A stretch of 64,000 nucleotides of DNA from Octopus vulgaris (Eukaryota), in the NCBI GenBank assembly GCA_951406725.2, contig OX597830.1, forward strand, positions 36,580,001 through 36,644,000, written 5' to 3'. A program made the position numbers and the translations under genes. Position 1 is the stretch's first letter; each line of letters begins with the position of its first letter. Shown here piece by piece: positions 37,868-50,921 of this stretch. The notes under the pieces were generated by a model. It made no database searches. It had not been told where the DNA came from and saw nothing but the letters and a program-made list of their open reading frames with translations.

Positions 37868-38664
37868 CAGTAATACCTCGCCATGTCGCGGTTCACCTAT
37901 CACACACTCAGTACATCACGGTTCACCTATCATGCACTCAATACATCACAGTTCACCTATCGTGCATTTAGTACATTATGGTTCACCTATCGTGCACTTA
38001 GTACATCGTGGTTCACCTGTCACACACTCAGTACATCACGGCTCACCTATTGCACACCTAGTACATAGCAATTCACCTATCGCACACTCAGTACATCGTG
38101 GTTCACCTATCATGCACTCAATACATCACAGTTCACCTATTGCACACTCAGTACATTATGGTTCACCTGTCACACAGTACATCACGGTTCACCTATTGCG
38201 CACCCAGTACATCACAGTTCACCTATCACGTACTCAGTACATTATGGTTCACCTTTATCGCACCCTCAGTACATTGTGGATTTTTCTGGCTAATATATGT
38301 AAATTTATATTGTAGACTCCTCAGTATATCCGGGTTTCTGCAGCCAATAGGTATCTATATTTTTTTAGATTCTAATTATTTCTGTGGTAAAATAAGCATT
38401 TTCATGCCTAAAAATTAAATTAATAAGTAAAGATAGATTACAGTACTGCACTGTATAACACATTAATTAAAATATATTAAAAGAAAATACGTAGGCTCAG
38501 GAGTGGCTGTGTGGTAAGTAGCTTGCTAACCAACCACATGGTTCCGGGTTCAGTCCCACTGCGTGGCATCTTGGGCAAGTGTCTTCTGCTATAGCCCTGG
38601 GCCGACCAATGCCTTGTGAGTGGATTTGGTAGATGGAAACTGAAAGAAGCCTGTCATATATATG

Positions 38665-38697
<33 letters not shown>

Positions 38698-39096
38698 TTG
38701 TGTGTCTGTGTTTGTCCCCCTAGCATTGCTTGACAACTGATGCTGTTGTGTTTACGTCCCCGTAACTTAGCGGTTCGGCAAAAGAGACCGATAGAATAAG
38801 TACTGTGCTCGACTAAAGGCGGTGCTCCAGCATGGCTGCAGTCAAATGACTGAAACAAGTAAAAGAGTAAAGTGTACCGTAGATGAGTAAACAAAGAAAT
38901 ACACACAAACTGTACAGAAAACAAAACTCAGGAGACGAGTGTGTGGTGTTGTTTTGCATTTAGAATGAAATAAATATATACAAATTATAAAAATGATTAA
39001 AAATATGTACAGTATAGTACTGTTTCTACTTTGCGGATTTTCACCTCATGCGTGGGGATTTGGAATGTAACACTCGCGATAGTTGAGTGATTACTG
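37868..39096. mobile_element. pogo/Tigger-like non-autonomous element containing a minisatellite and a nested SINE (38493-38871)
   Basis: TA|CAGTAATACCTCGCCATGTCGCG ... CGCGATAGTTGAGTGATTACTG|TA. Confidence 0.65.
37889..38275 (+). repeat. 30-bp minisatellite, about 13 units
   Basis: Unit approximately GGTTCACCTATCGCACACTCAGTACATCAC. Confidence 0.9.
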
Positions 39097-39782
39097 TATA
39101 AATATTGATCGAGAGATCATGTGTTCGTACAGCAGCACTAAAACCACTAAATGAGATCCATTTGTTATCATCATTTAGTTTTATTCCTATGCATCTTTTA
39201 TCTTTTATCCTTTACTTGTTTCTCATTAAACTGTGGCCATGCTGGAACATTGCTTTGAAGGGGTTTTTTTTTGTCGAATGATCTGATCCCAGTACTTATT
39301 TTTTTTAGCGTGACACTTATTTGTTTGGTTTCTTTTGCTGAACCACTAAGTTATGGGGATGTAAACACACCAACACTGGTTGTCAAGCGATGGGGAGGAC
39401 TAACACAGACAGACACATGCACACACATATATAACTGACAGGCTTCTTTTAGTTTCTGTCTACCAAATCCACTCTCAAGGCTTTGGTTGGCCCAAGGTTA
39501 TCATAGTAAAAGCACTTGTTCAAGGTGCCACACAGTGGGACTGAACTCAGAACCATGAGGTTGGTAAGCAAGCTTCTTACCACACAGCTATGCCTGTATA
39601 AAAAAAATATTGAATCCATAACAGGTGGTTGGTTTATTGTTGAAAGCATTGTCATTCTGTAATGTATTGAGTGCATAAGAATATGGTTAAGTCCACCTCT
39701 CTGTGAACATTGGTTATCCCTGGAACTCATTAAAGGAGCCCCTTCAGTCATGAATGACCATGGGATTGCACCTAGAAAGTTC

Positions 39783-40206
39783 GGATCTTTTCGGTTTGAA
39801 TGGCAGTTTTTTCTAGCAGTGTCATATGAAATTGCCACACATAATTATGATCCTAATATCAATCTTTTGCATTTCAATCTGTTTCAGGGTTAGGGTTAGG
39901 GCTAGGGGTGGGGGGAAGGGTATATTTTTTTTCTTCACAAATGTAAATAAACCCAATCTGTTTCTTAAACGAGGGACATATTCATATGGCACAGAATGTT
40001 ATTTGCTTCAATACACGTCACTGATTGGTTGAAATTGCAGAAATTGAAGAAAAAAAACAACAAATATCTTACAAACTATAGAATTTTCTCAATAAAGCCA
40101 AGAGAAAATGATGTTTTATAAACACATTCTACCAGTATATGAAGTTTAAAATTTTTTAGTTACCTAGAAATTATGATAAAAACTGCCGTTCAAACGGAAA
40201 AGATCC
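39783..40206. mobile_element. Merlin-type MITE, copy 2
   Basis: Same TIR and body as the 33245 copy; perfect 8-bp TSD GAAAGTTC. Confidence 0.75.
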
Positions 40207-40604
40207 GAAAGTTCCCTTCCAAGGCACAAGTCCAGGCATACCAGCCTCCCATCTCTATGTCACCAATGTCATCCAAGGGAAAGGCAAAGGCCAATGCAGC
40301 TTGCCACCAGTGACACCACAGTTCATTACTACTGGAGCTATGTGATCTAAAGTGTTTTGCTCAGCTGGTAGGGTAATATCCATAGCTTCAGTTGGTCTTA
40401 CTCGGTGATCAACCTGGAACTTGTGCTGGTGGTTGCTTCTGGTAGGAGCTCCTGGAAGGTGTATCTGAGGGCTCTCTACCCATGGCCCATCACAGAAATT
40501 ATGTGCTGTAAAGATAGATGAAAAGGTATAAAATTACACAGCTGCACATGGACTCTTATAGAGCTAACGATGTTGACATATTACATTGTACTATACCACA
40601 CTAT

Positions 40605-40988
40605 GGTATAGTACATTGTAATACTAAAAACTAGGTAATATAGTACATTGTAATACTGACGTCTAGGTAATATAGTACATTGTAAAACTAACAGCTTGGT
40701 AATATAGTACATTGTCATATTAACGACTTGGTAATATAGTACATTGTAATACTAACAGCTTAGTAATATTGTACATTGTCATACTAACGACTTGGTAATA
40801 TAGTACATTGTAATACTAATGGCTAGGTAATATAGTTCATTGTAATACTAACAGCTTGGTATAGTACATTGTAATACTAACAGCTTGGTAATATAGTACA
40901 TTGTAATACTAACAGCTTGGTAATATAGTATATTGTCATACTAACAGCTTGGTAATATAGTACATTGTAATACTAATGACTTGGTAAT
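40605..40988 (+). repeat. 32-bp minisatellite, about 12 units
   Basis: Unit approximately GGTAATATAGTACATTGTAATACTAACAGCTT. Confidence 0.9.
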
Positions 40989-41646
40989 CTGGGACATAGA
41001 ACTCAGTACTAATGACAAGACTTTAGCCATTTCCATCCATTCATCCATCTGCCCATCCACCCATCCACGCACCCATCTATCCATCCACCATCCATCCATC
41101 CAACCATCTGCCCATCCATCCATCTATCCATCCATCCATCCATCCATCCATCCATCCATCCATCCATTTTCCCATGATGTGACAGCTTTTATTGGAGCAC
41201 TTTGAGTGGATGCTCTTCCTGTCACTAACCTCTCCTTTGTGAAGGTGGAGTGTGAGTGGAGCATGTTTTATTTGAAAAATAGAAGTAGATAGAATGGTGT
41301 GCATTGCTTAGAAGAACATGATGGCTGTCGTAAGATTTGAACTCACGACCATATTGTCAGTTGTTCAGCATCTTAACCCTACACATTTGTATTATAACTT
41401 CAGAATACAAGCCACCGAGGAACCTTTATATAGTCATTCAAAATTTCAGCCAAATTTCCTTTAAAATCATTACGTATAATCTTTTAAAAAGCGGAGGGCA
41501 TTATAGATAAGGAAGTCTGAGATAAACTGTTTGAAAAACTCTCGTTATTACATATGTAAGACTCTATGATAATTAATTAATATACATAAGCTCATGTATT
41601 TTATTTTCTCTTTTTTTTTCTTTCTCCCAGATGGTTTTGAGATTGC

Positions 41647-41961
41647 ATGATGGCAGAAAAAGATGGCTGTGGAATAAGATACTGGTCGAAAATATGGACT
41701 CGAGTAGTTGAAGAGAAATCAATACCAGCTGATGAATTAATGAATGATGTTACCAAATCTTACCTACTTTCTGATAGTAATGGCGCTCACTGTCAACCGT
41801 GTGGTGGCAACCATGAGAAAGAATATGACCGTTGCCTTCATTGCGAAGAACTTCTGCAACTAACCATAATCCATGTTCTTCTTTTGAGAGCTGAATCTGA
41901 AGAAGAGGTTAATAAGTTAATATATCTGCTAGCTGCTGATTACAACATATTTCAAAAGCTG
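41647..41961 (+). CDS. LINS1: Protein Lines homologue, first coding exon (exon begins at 41631)
   Basis: Long polypyrimidine tract plus CAG acceptor at 41630, in-frame TGA before the ATG, donor GTATGT at 41962 (phase 0). EELLQLTIIHVLLLR resembles human LINS1 EVMLLQLTVIKVMTTR. Confidence 0.75.
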
Positions 41962-42239
41962 GTATGTATTGGTCACTGATTCTAGGTTTATTGTAACTTT
42001 TACCTTCTGAGTTCAAATCCTGCCAAAATAGACTTTCCTTTCCATTGTTCTGGGGGTTGATGAAATAAAGTACCAATGAAGTTCCAGGGAGTGAAGGATG
42101 CTGGGCCCAGTGGCTAGAGTATTGCACTCATGATCATAAGATTGTTGTTTCAATCCCCAAACTGGGCAGTGTGTTATATTTATGAGAAAGATACTTTATT
42201 TCATGTTTCACATTTCTCCCGTCCCCTCATCATTCATCA

Positions 42240-42700
42240 TCATTGTTCGACCGTGGGTGAGACAATGGAATTTACCATGCTACGCCAGACTTCATGGTCC
42301 ATCATGGCATTACGGAGGTCCTGTTGCTGGATGCCTGTATCCCTGGAGATTGCATCTGGGTAGGAGAGTGTGCGCCCTCTGGTATTGCAAGTAGATGGCT
42401 TCCAGAGGAGGAGAGTAGAAATTAGCTCTTTTTCAGCTCTACAACAATGTCCAGCAAACTGGACTCTCTTACCTTTCACAAGAGATGACACAGGTGGTAG
42501 TTTCCCATATATTTGCATTTGGTTGGATGGCGCTTCTACGAGAGATTTTGAGCTCTCATAAGGAGGCGAGTGTAGGTTCCATCCAACCACCTCTCAAGCT
42601 TCTTTGATAACGTCCAGGTTTCTGAGCCATATAGTAGAATTGGTTTGACTGTGGCTTTGAAGATTTCAAGTTTGAAGTCTCTACTTAGATTTGATGACCA
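42240..42700 (-). mobile_element. RTE-like LINE 3' fragment (post-RT region)
   Basis: PILLYGSETWTLSKKLERWLDGTYTRLL...RVQFAGHC..RA...RGR...MMDHEVWR motifs, frameshifted, with a (GAT)-like tail. Confidence 0.8.
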
Positions 42701-43004
42701 GTTGTAAATGAATAATATTGTGATGGGCTGAAACCCCACTAAGGGGATGTGTTGTGATCTTGACCACTTATACTCAATGGAAACTGGGGAACCAGCTGTT
42801 GGTTCTTTCTAGTATATTTCTTTTGTCCTTGTGACTGTTGATGATACTATTATGACAAAACTCCATTCCCTTTCTTTTATTTCCCTCCTGTTAACTTTAT
42901 CCTGAAGGAGGACCTAGTCTGAAACATCGGATATTCCCTTCACCATAGCAAGTTGACAATTTCACTGTGTTCTTTCTGTTGCATTCTTCAAAAAATTATA
43001 AACA

Positions 43005-43042
<38 letters not shown>

Positions 43043-43443
43043 GTCGCAGGAGTGGCTGTGTGGTGAGAAGTTTGCTTCCCAACCACATGGTTCTGGGTTC
43101 AGTTCCACTGTGTGGCACCTGCTGTTATGTCCTGTTATTATTATTTTTATTGTATTTATATTTGTCTAACATCGTCTGTTTTTCTGTCCTTCTATTCGTA
43201 TACATTCGATGCTTTCTTCCAAGGAATCTAATGCTCTTAGCTTAGTTTTTCACTGGGGCTGGCCAGATTGGAGCAATCTCAAGATTAATCAGCTGAAATT
43301 GCGAGAATGATCTGGTTCTTGACTGAGGATAGAAAGCTTCGAATGATCCGTCCTCGTCTTTTTGTATTGTCTATCTGGATGTTTTGTTGTCCCTTTTTGT
43401 ATCACCTAGTTGTCTGGATGTTTTGTGTTCTTGTCCCATTTTG

Positions 43444-43484
<41 letters not shown>

Positions 43485-43597
43485 ATCACCATCACGTGAC
43501 CGACCAGTCCATCAGATGTAGTTACACATCGCTGGTCACAATGCGTTCGCATTGTTTTAGCCTTCAAATGACGCCACCCCGCTGGCTAAGCGAACAG

Positions 43598-43640
<43 letters not shown>

Positions 43641-44661
43641 GATGGGCATCTTTCAGTTTCTGTCTACCAAACCCACTCACAAGGCTTTGGTTGGCCTGTG
43701 GCTATAGTAGAAGACACTTGCCCAAAGTTTCATGCATTGGGACTGAACCCAGAACCATGTGGTTGGGAAGCAAGCTACTTACCACACAGTTGCACAGTCT
43801 GTGAAAATTGCTTGATATAGTTAGTTGTTAAGTATAAAAGGGATTTTCAAAAAAAAATTATTTAAAAAAAAAAGTGTTATAAAATCTTTTGTCAGTATGT
43901 TACTAACCTTTTCGGAAGAAGTTTTTTTCCCTAGTGTGTATGAATGCTTTCAATTAGTCTTTTCAAATACCACGTGCAAATACCATATCTGCATATGGTA
44001 GGAGACATTGCTGCAAGAGGACACACACTGATGTTGAACCTGGATCCACATGTTTCCAAGCAAACTTCTCAATTACACAAGTATGCCTCCACCTTTACAG
44101 ATATGTGTATAATACATCAAACATAGATATGAAATACGCATCTTATTGATTTCTTACTTTGACTGAACATCACACATTTTCAGGGAAAATGAAGCTGCAC
44201 TGAGTCAAATCAATTCCTGTGTGTAACTGTTGCTCCTGATAGATGTAACCCTGGAGGTTGAAAGTCAAAATTAACTCCCAATTATATTCTGAAGTCAGAA
44301 AGTTTGTAGACAAAATAAAATTCTACAATACATTCATAGATATCATATATCATAAAAATGATATTAGTTTAAAATATTTTTATGATATACAGAATACTAA
44401 GAACATTATTATTATTGTTGTTGTTGTTGTTGCAGTTATGACTAGCGATAATGTATTTACAACAAAGGGCAAAAACCAAATAGATCATAGAAATCAATCA
44501 CATTTCCATTAATGATTTGTATAGATAGATCAAAGGCTTTAATGAAAAATGGTTTGGGGAAGATGAAGATATTAGGCTAGGAATTTGGGATCAAAAAGAT
44601 GTGAAATCTTAAGAAAACTGGTGGGAAAAATTGTGGAGGAGGAGAGAGAGAAAGAGAGAGC

Positions 44662-44699
<38 letters not shown>

Positions 44700-44911
44700 T
44701 GTATAAAGTTACAAGATGAGCAAGTAACAAGATCAGTAGACAGACCCCTACCCCTAAGCACTTTGAGAGTATAGAGCTGGAAGAGATAAAAGATAACAGG
44801 AGAGTTTAGACAAGAATTCTTAAGGAGATTGGAACTAGTGATTGTTAATCTTGTTACTGTTGCAGCTTTTGTTGTTGTTCAACGGCTATATGCATGTGCA
44901 TGCACGCACAT

Positions 44912-44943
<32 letters not shown>

Positions 44944-47424
44944 TCACACACACACACACTCACACACACTCACACGCACACAAACACACACACACGTACA
45001 AGTATATGTACGTATGATGTATATTTGTATGTATGCAAGTATATATATGTATGTGCATATCTCTGTGTGTGTGTGTGTGTATATACATGCATGCATGTGT
45101 ATGTGAGTTTATCTATGTATGTATGTATGTATGTATGTATGTATGTATGTATGTGTGTTTGTATGTACATACATACATACCTATGTGTGTATGTATTGAG
45201 AAATAATTATCATTTTACTTCTATTCTTCCATGTTGGCATGGGTTGGATGAATTTTCTAATAAGTCTTTTATTGCTGGATGCTCTTCCTATCACCAACCA
45301 TTTCACTCACATCTTATGACATGGTGTGCCCTTTCAAGAACCAGGATACTGGAGCATCAAACTCAGAACAGAATGTTCCTTGCAGCCACTGCGTCCAAGA
45401 CGACCTGCGTTCTTACGGCCTCATTGGTCGCCTGGGAGCCTGCAGATGACTTGGACAACCCTTTTCATGAATGGCAGGGCTTTCACAGCTTGTGAATATG
45501 GCTGGTTGTCAAAGACTGGTGAATGATACTCACTCTCACTGGCAGGCTCATGCCATCTGATAGAATTGATGACTGTTGTGGTGAACTGGCAGAATTTTTA
45601 CTGTATCATCATCATCATCTTCATCATCATCATCATCAATCATCATTTGATGTTTGTTGTTCTTGCTGGTATGGGTTGGATGGTTTGACTGGGCTGGCAT
45701 GCTGGAAAGCTGCACCAGGCTCCAGTCTGATTTGGCATGGTTTTCTACAGCTGTATGCCCTTCCTAATGCTAACCACTCTGCGAGTATGATGGGTGCTTT
45801 TATGTGCCACCAGCACAGGTGCCAATTTGTGTGACACCGGTATCTGCCATGACTGCGATTTTGCTCAGCTTGGTAGGTCTTCTTCTCAAACACAACATAA
45901 TGCTAAAGGTCTTGGTCATTGCCTCCATAAGGCCCAACCCTCAAAAGGAACTCAGCCACTTTGCCTCCGTGATACCTAACACTCGAAAGGGACTCAGTCA
46001 CTTTGCCTCCATGAGGCCCAATGCTTGGAAGGAACTCAGCCACTTTGCCTCTGTGAGGCCCAACGTTCAAAGGTCGATTTTGTTTTATGTACCACCAACA
46101 TGGGTGCAATTAGCTTCATGGGTCCTCTCAAGCAAGGACCAAAATGCTTAGTGGCATTTCTTCTGACTTAATGTTCTGAGTTCAAATGCACCCAAGGTCA
46201 ACTTTGTCCTTCATCCTTGTGATAAAATAAGTACCATTTGAGCACTTGTGCTTGGCAGGGCAATTTCCTGGGCCTGAAGTCTCCAGATTAAATGAAACAT
46301 TTCAAAAGCAACTGTATCTCATAATAGAAAAAAACTAACATGCAATTCTTCTGTCACAAGTGGAGGTCTCTCTCTCTCTCTCTTGAGTAATTTTAAGCCA
46401 TTAACTATTAACACTAGCCCTTAAGTTTTAGCCTACATACACTCCATTTGGCACTATCTGAGCCACTTATCTCACTGTACCATGAATAAGTTTATTATGG
46501 CTCTATCATGCCAACTCCAATGGCCACACTCTTCTCCGAAATGTATAGTTTATTCCAGCCATCTGTCTCTTTGTCTGTCCGTCCGTCTGTTCCTTTCCAT
46601 CTCTCCACCCATAGTTTATTATTAAACTAGCTTAAAAGCTGTGCTCCATATGGATTTTTAAGCTAGCTCCTGTGGCAAGCTAATTAGGCCTGTGACCCAA
46701 AGCTAAAGAGAGCAATAAGAACAAAGCATTTATTGGCACCCTACCAATATGGTATTACTTTAAATTCAGTTTAAATGAAAAACTTGTAAGTTCAAAAATT
46801 TTTTGAGTTCTTTTAAAATTTGAATTTTCAACTATTACCGTGTAACAAATTCTTATCCAGGTCTGATCTCAATGCAGGATGTTTGAGAACCAGATGAAGG
46901 GCAGATTTTCAATCCCGGGATCATCCTGATTCCAAAATAGTGTAATATGTCTATGTAGAGCAAATGTAGATTGAGATGCATGGGTCCCGGACGGACAGAC
47001 AGAATTTTGTGTTTATTATTATAGATTTCATTGTGCTGCCCTTCAGTGTTGTTTTTATGCTGACACTGAGAGTGTGTGTCATCATACTTGTTATTTGATC
47101 ATGGTCCCTTGGTGTTTGAATGGGATTAGCCCATCACTTCCAGCACTCAATGGAGCCTTTTTTGTTTCCCTTTTCTTTTTACAGTGAAAGTAAAGATGAG
47201 TGGTCTACCTCGTTCAGCTTTGATGGGACAAAATATTTTTAGATGTAGTATTCATTGTCACATGTAAGTTTGAAGAGAAGTCATAACTTATTGGAATCTG
47301 CATTATGGAACATGGCATAACTCTTGTGAAACATTTTATGCTCCTTTACTGCCAAATCAATATTGATTGATGATCATAGGGATGCTACAACTATTCTCCC
47401 TTTAAAATATTTGTGTTTCTTTAA

Positions 47425-47645
47425 CCCTTTCGTTACCAACCCAGCTGAAACCACCTCTGGCTCTGTAGTACAAATGTCTTGTTTTCATAATTTTGACCTG
47501 AAATTTTCTACCAAACCTTAGTCACAATTTATATTCCTAACACTAGCTGAATGATAACTAGGTTATTTTACCAAATTCTTTGTTATATTTAAAATCAATT
47601 AAAAGAAACACAGAGCATCTCAACAGAGATTTGGTAACAAAAGGG
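47425..47645. mobile_element. piggyBac-type MITE; truncated tandem copy at ~47677-47845
   Basis: TTAA|CCCTTTCGTTACCAA ... TTGGTAACAAAAGGG|TTAA. Confidence 0.8.
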
Positions 47646-47848
47646 TTAAAATATTTAATTGAGAAACAATTCTTAAACCCTTCGATACCAACCTGGCTGA
47701 AGCCGCCTCTGGCTCTGTAGTACAAATGTCTTATTTTCATAAGTTTTGAATTAAAATCTTCCACCAAACCATAGTCACAATTTATGTTCCTAACACTAGC
47801 TGAATGATAACTAGGTTATTTTACCAAATTTTTTGTTCAATATTTCAG

Positions 47849-47935
47849 ACCCATCGCTTACTTGCCTCATCCGCATATATCTCTCATGTTGCGAGCAAAG
47901 TTTTGGTTTCTCTCATTTCTCTGAATCCATCCAAG
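47849..47935 (+). CDS. LINS1: Lines homologue, coding exon 2 (29 aa; below the ORF-track cutoff)
   Basis: TTTCAG|ACC...AAG|GTAAG, phase 0/0. THRLLASSAYISHVASKVLVSLISLNPSK resembles human SDKLLSHMAAQCLALLL and is in frame with both neighbouring exons. Confidence 0.7.
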
Positions 47936-48543
47936 GTAAGACGATATATCTGAACATGTTCCATGTAGGTGCTTTTCTTCTTTTTACTTAGATATTAACA
48001 TTAGAGGATAAGATATTGAACTGATCACAAACCATGATGTTCAGTTTTTTTTTAGACAAACAAAACCAAGAAAAAAGAAGAAATTACAGTCAACTCACAT
48101 GTCTACTATCTATTTGTCTGTCTGTCTATCTGTCTGTCTATTTATCTATCTGCCTACCTACCTACCTTCCTACCTGCCTACCTACCTACCTACCTACCTA
48201 CCTACCTACCTAACTATCTACCTACCTGCCTGCTTGCCTACCTACCTACCTACCTTCCTACCTATCCATCCATCTATCTGTCTGTCTCTCCATCCATCTG
48301 CTCATCCATCTATCTATCCATCTGTCTATCTATCCATCTGTCTATCTATCCATCCAGCCTTCCATCCATCCGTTCATCCATCCATCTATCCAACTATCTA
48401 TCTATTTGTGTACACACACACACACACACACACACACATACCCACCCCCACCCACCCACACACATTCCATCCAGCCCATACCAGCATGGAAAAAAGGATG
48501 TTAAATGATGATAATGATGATGATACACACACACACACACATA

Positions 48544-49425
48544 CGAGGAGGTACCCAAAAGTAACTGGAAACGTTGTAGTTGAGGCTTCTGCTGCTAGAA
48601 GCCACTTGATGCAACCCTCAGGCATCAGCCTGCTGACCAGTGTTGTCAACTACACTCATACTGCAATGTGGTGCATCTTTGTTTTGCAGGGCTTCTTCCC
48701 TGCTCGCTGATGTTTGTGATGGCTGAAATGAAGGAACAGCATGCTTCTCTGAAAATCTGCTTTCCATTGGGGAAAACGGCAGCCAAAATAGTTGTCATGC
48801 TTCAAACAGCTTACAAGGATGCTGCCATGAACAAAACACAAGTTTACAAGTCGTTTTTCATGCTTTGCGAATGGTCACTTATCACTTAAAGACCAACCTC
48901 GTTCAGGACGACCATCGACCTCCTGAATGAATGAAAACATCACAAATATTCATGAATTGGTCTTGGAGGACCATCACCAAACAACTGGCGAACTTGTTGA
49001 TATGATTGGTGTGTCCTGGAGCAAGGAATTTTGAGCAAGGAATTGCGAATGAAAAGAATTGCAGCAAAATTTGTGCCTTGCTTCCTCACGGAAGATCAAA
49101 AGCAGTCATGACTGAGTATGTGTCATGAACTGACAGAACAGTTAGATATTGATCAGGACCGTTTTTCGAAGGTCCAACTATGGTGATGAAAGCTGGGGCT
49201 ATTGAATTTGCAGATGTGGAAGAGGTGAAGGAGAAAAAACTACAGAGGCATTAAAAGGCATCACTTCACAAGAGTTTCAGGATTGTTTTAACAAGTGGAA
49301 AACGCTTCAGGACCAATGCATTGCTTCAAATGGAGAATACTTTGAAAATGATAAAAGTGTAAACATGTAAAACTAAGTGAATAAAATGATATTGTAAAAT
49401 CCTGGTTATCTTTTGGGTACCCCCT

Positions 49426-49427
<2 letters not shown>
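48544..49427 (+). mobile_element. Internally deleted mariner element
   Basis: TIRs CGAGGAGGTACCCAAAAGTAAC / GTTATCTTTTGGGTACCCCCTTG. Remnant peptides EQHASLKICFPLGKTA...AYKDAAMNKTQVY, PRSGRPS, AKFVP.L and GDESW. Confidence 0.85.
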
Positions 49428-49483
<56 letters not shown>

Positions 49484-49562
49484 TACACACATGCATGCAC
49501 ACACACACACATACACACATGCATGCACACACACACACTCACATGTATATACACATAAATAT

Positions 49563-49595
<33 letters not shown>

Positions 49596-50921
49596 TTCAT
49601 ATATGTATATACATATACATACATTCAAACACACCCTCACACACTCACATATATATGCACTTCAGTCATGTAATGACACACATGCTTTTTTAGACTCTTT
49701 CCTTTCTCTGGAACTTTCCTCTCTCCTCTTTCTGATGAAGAGCCATGCTCAAAATGTTATACACCCACTCTTTTTTTTCCATCTTATATATCAAGCTAAT
49801 ACATTCCAGGTATATGACATTTTAACTTTTGTTGTTTTGTTATTTTTCATTTTTGATTTGCCTTATATATTGTCTTTGTTAACTTTATTGGCACCATCAT
49901 CAACACCAACAGCAATAACCTCTTCTCCCATCATCATCATCATCATTGTCGTTTAATGTCCGCTTTCCATACTGGTATGTGTTGGATGGTTTGACTGAGG
50001 ACTGGCAAGCCAGAAGGCTGCACCAGGCTCCAATCTGATCTGGCAAAGTTTCTACAGCTGGATGCCCTTCCTAACGCCAACCACTCTGAGAGTGTAGTGG
50101 GTGCTTTTCATGTGCCACCGGCAATAGGGTCAGTCAGGCAGTACTGGCATCAACCATGCTCGAATGGTGCTTTTTACATGCCACCTGCATGGGACTAGTC
50201 AGGCGGCACTGGTATCAACCATGCTTGAATGGTGCTTTTTATGTGCCACCAGCCGGGGACCAGTCAGGTGGCACTGGCATCAACCACCCTAGAATAGTGC
50301 TTTTATGTATCACCGGCAGGGAACCAGTCAGGTGGCACTGATATCAACCATGCTTGAATGGTACTTTTTATTTGCCACCAGCACGGGACCAGTCATGCGG
50401 TACTGGCACTGACCACGCTTAAATGGTGCTTTTTATATTCCACCACCATGGGTGCCAATCAGGCACTCAACTAATAAAATAAATAGAATAAAGAGTTTCA
50501 TTATCCACTGTTTTCTCTTTCTCTTTTTTTTTAATAAAGCAATACATAACTTGAAGGTGATTTGGCTGTTATTTCTAGCAAGATGAATGACTACATGGGA
50601 GCTCTATCATTGGTTTGCTCTTTTGTCAGTTGTTAGAACTGGTTGAGCAGTAAATTCATGTATTAGATTAATTTAGTTTGATTTTTGTACATTCTGAATT
50701 CGAATAATTCTGCAATCAATGTCATGTTTTGTTTCTCAGGAGTAGGGGGTGGGGTGGGGTGGAAAGATCAATGGAACTGGTATCAATGGTGGTGTTGGGG
50801 ATGGTTGATTTAATTGACTTTATCTTCTTCACATTTTAAGAAAATTTGCCATTCAATTTAATTCTGACAAATAAATCTATTATTTGTTTTTTTTTTTTCT
50901 TTTGTTTCTTTCTCATTCTAG

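Noticed and set aside
37848-38418. Repetitive His-rich ORFs (HSVHHGSPI...) and a CRISPR-like appearance
   Set aside because: Translation of a 30-bp minisatellite inside a MITE. The units are contiguous with no unique spacers and there are no cas genes.
40605-40988. CRISPR-like 32-bp repeats
   Set aside because: Head-to-tail tandem units without spacers, in a eukaryotic context.
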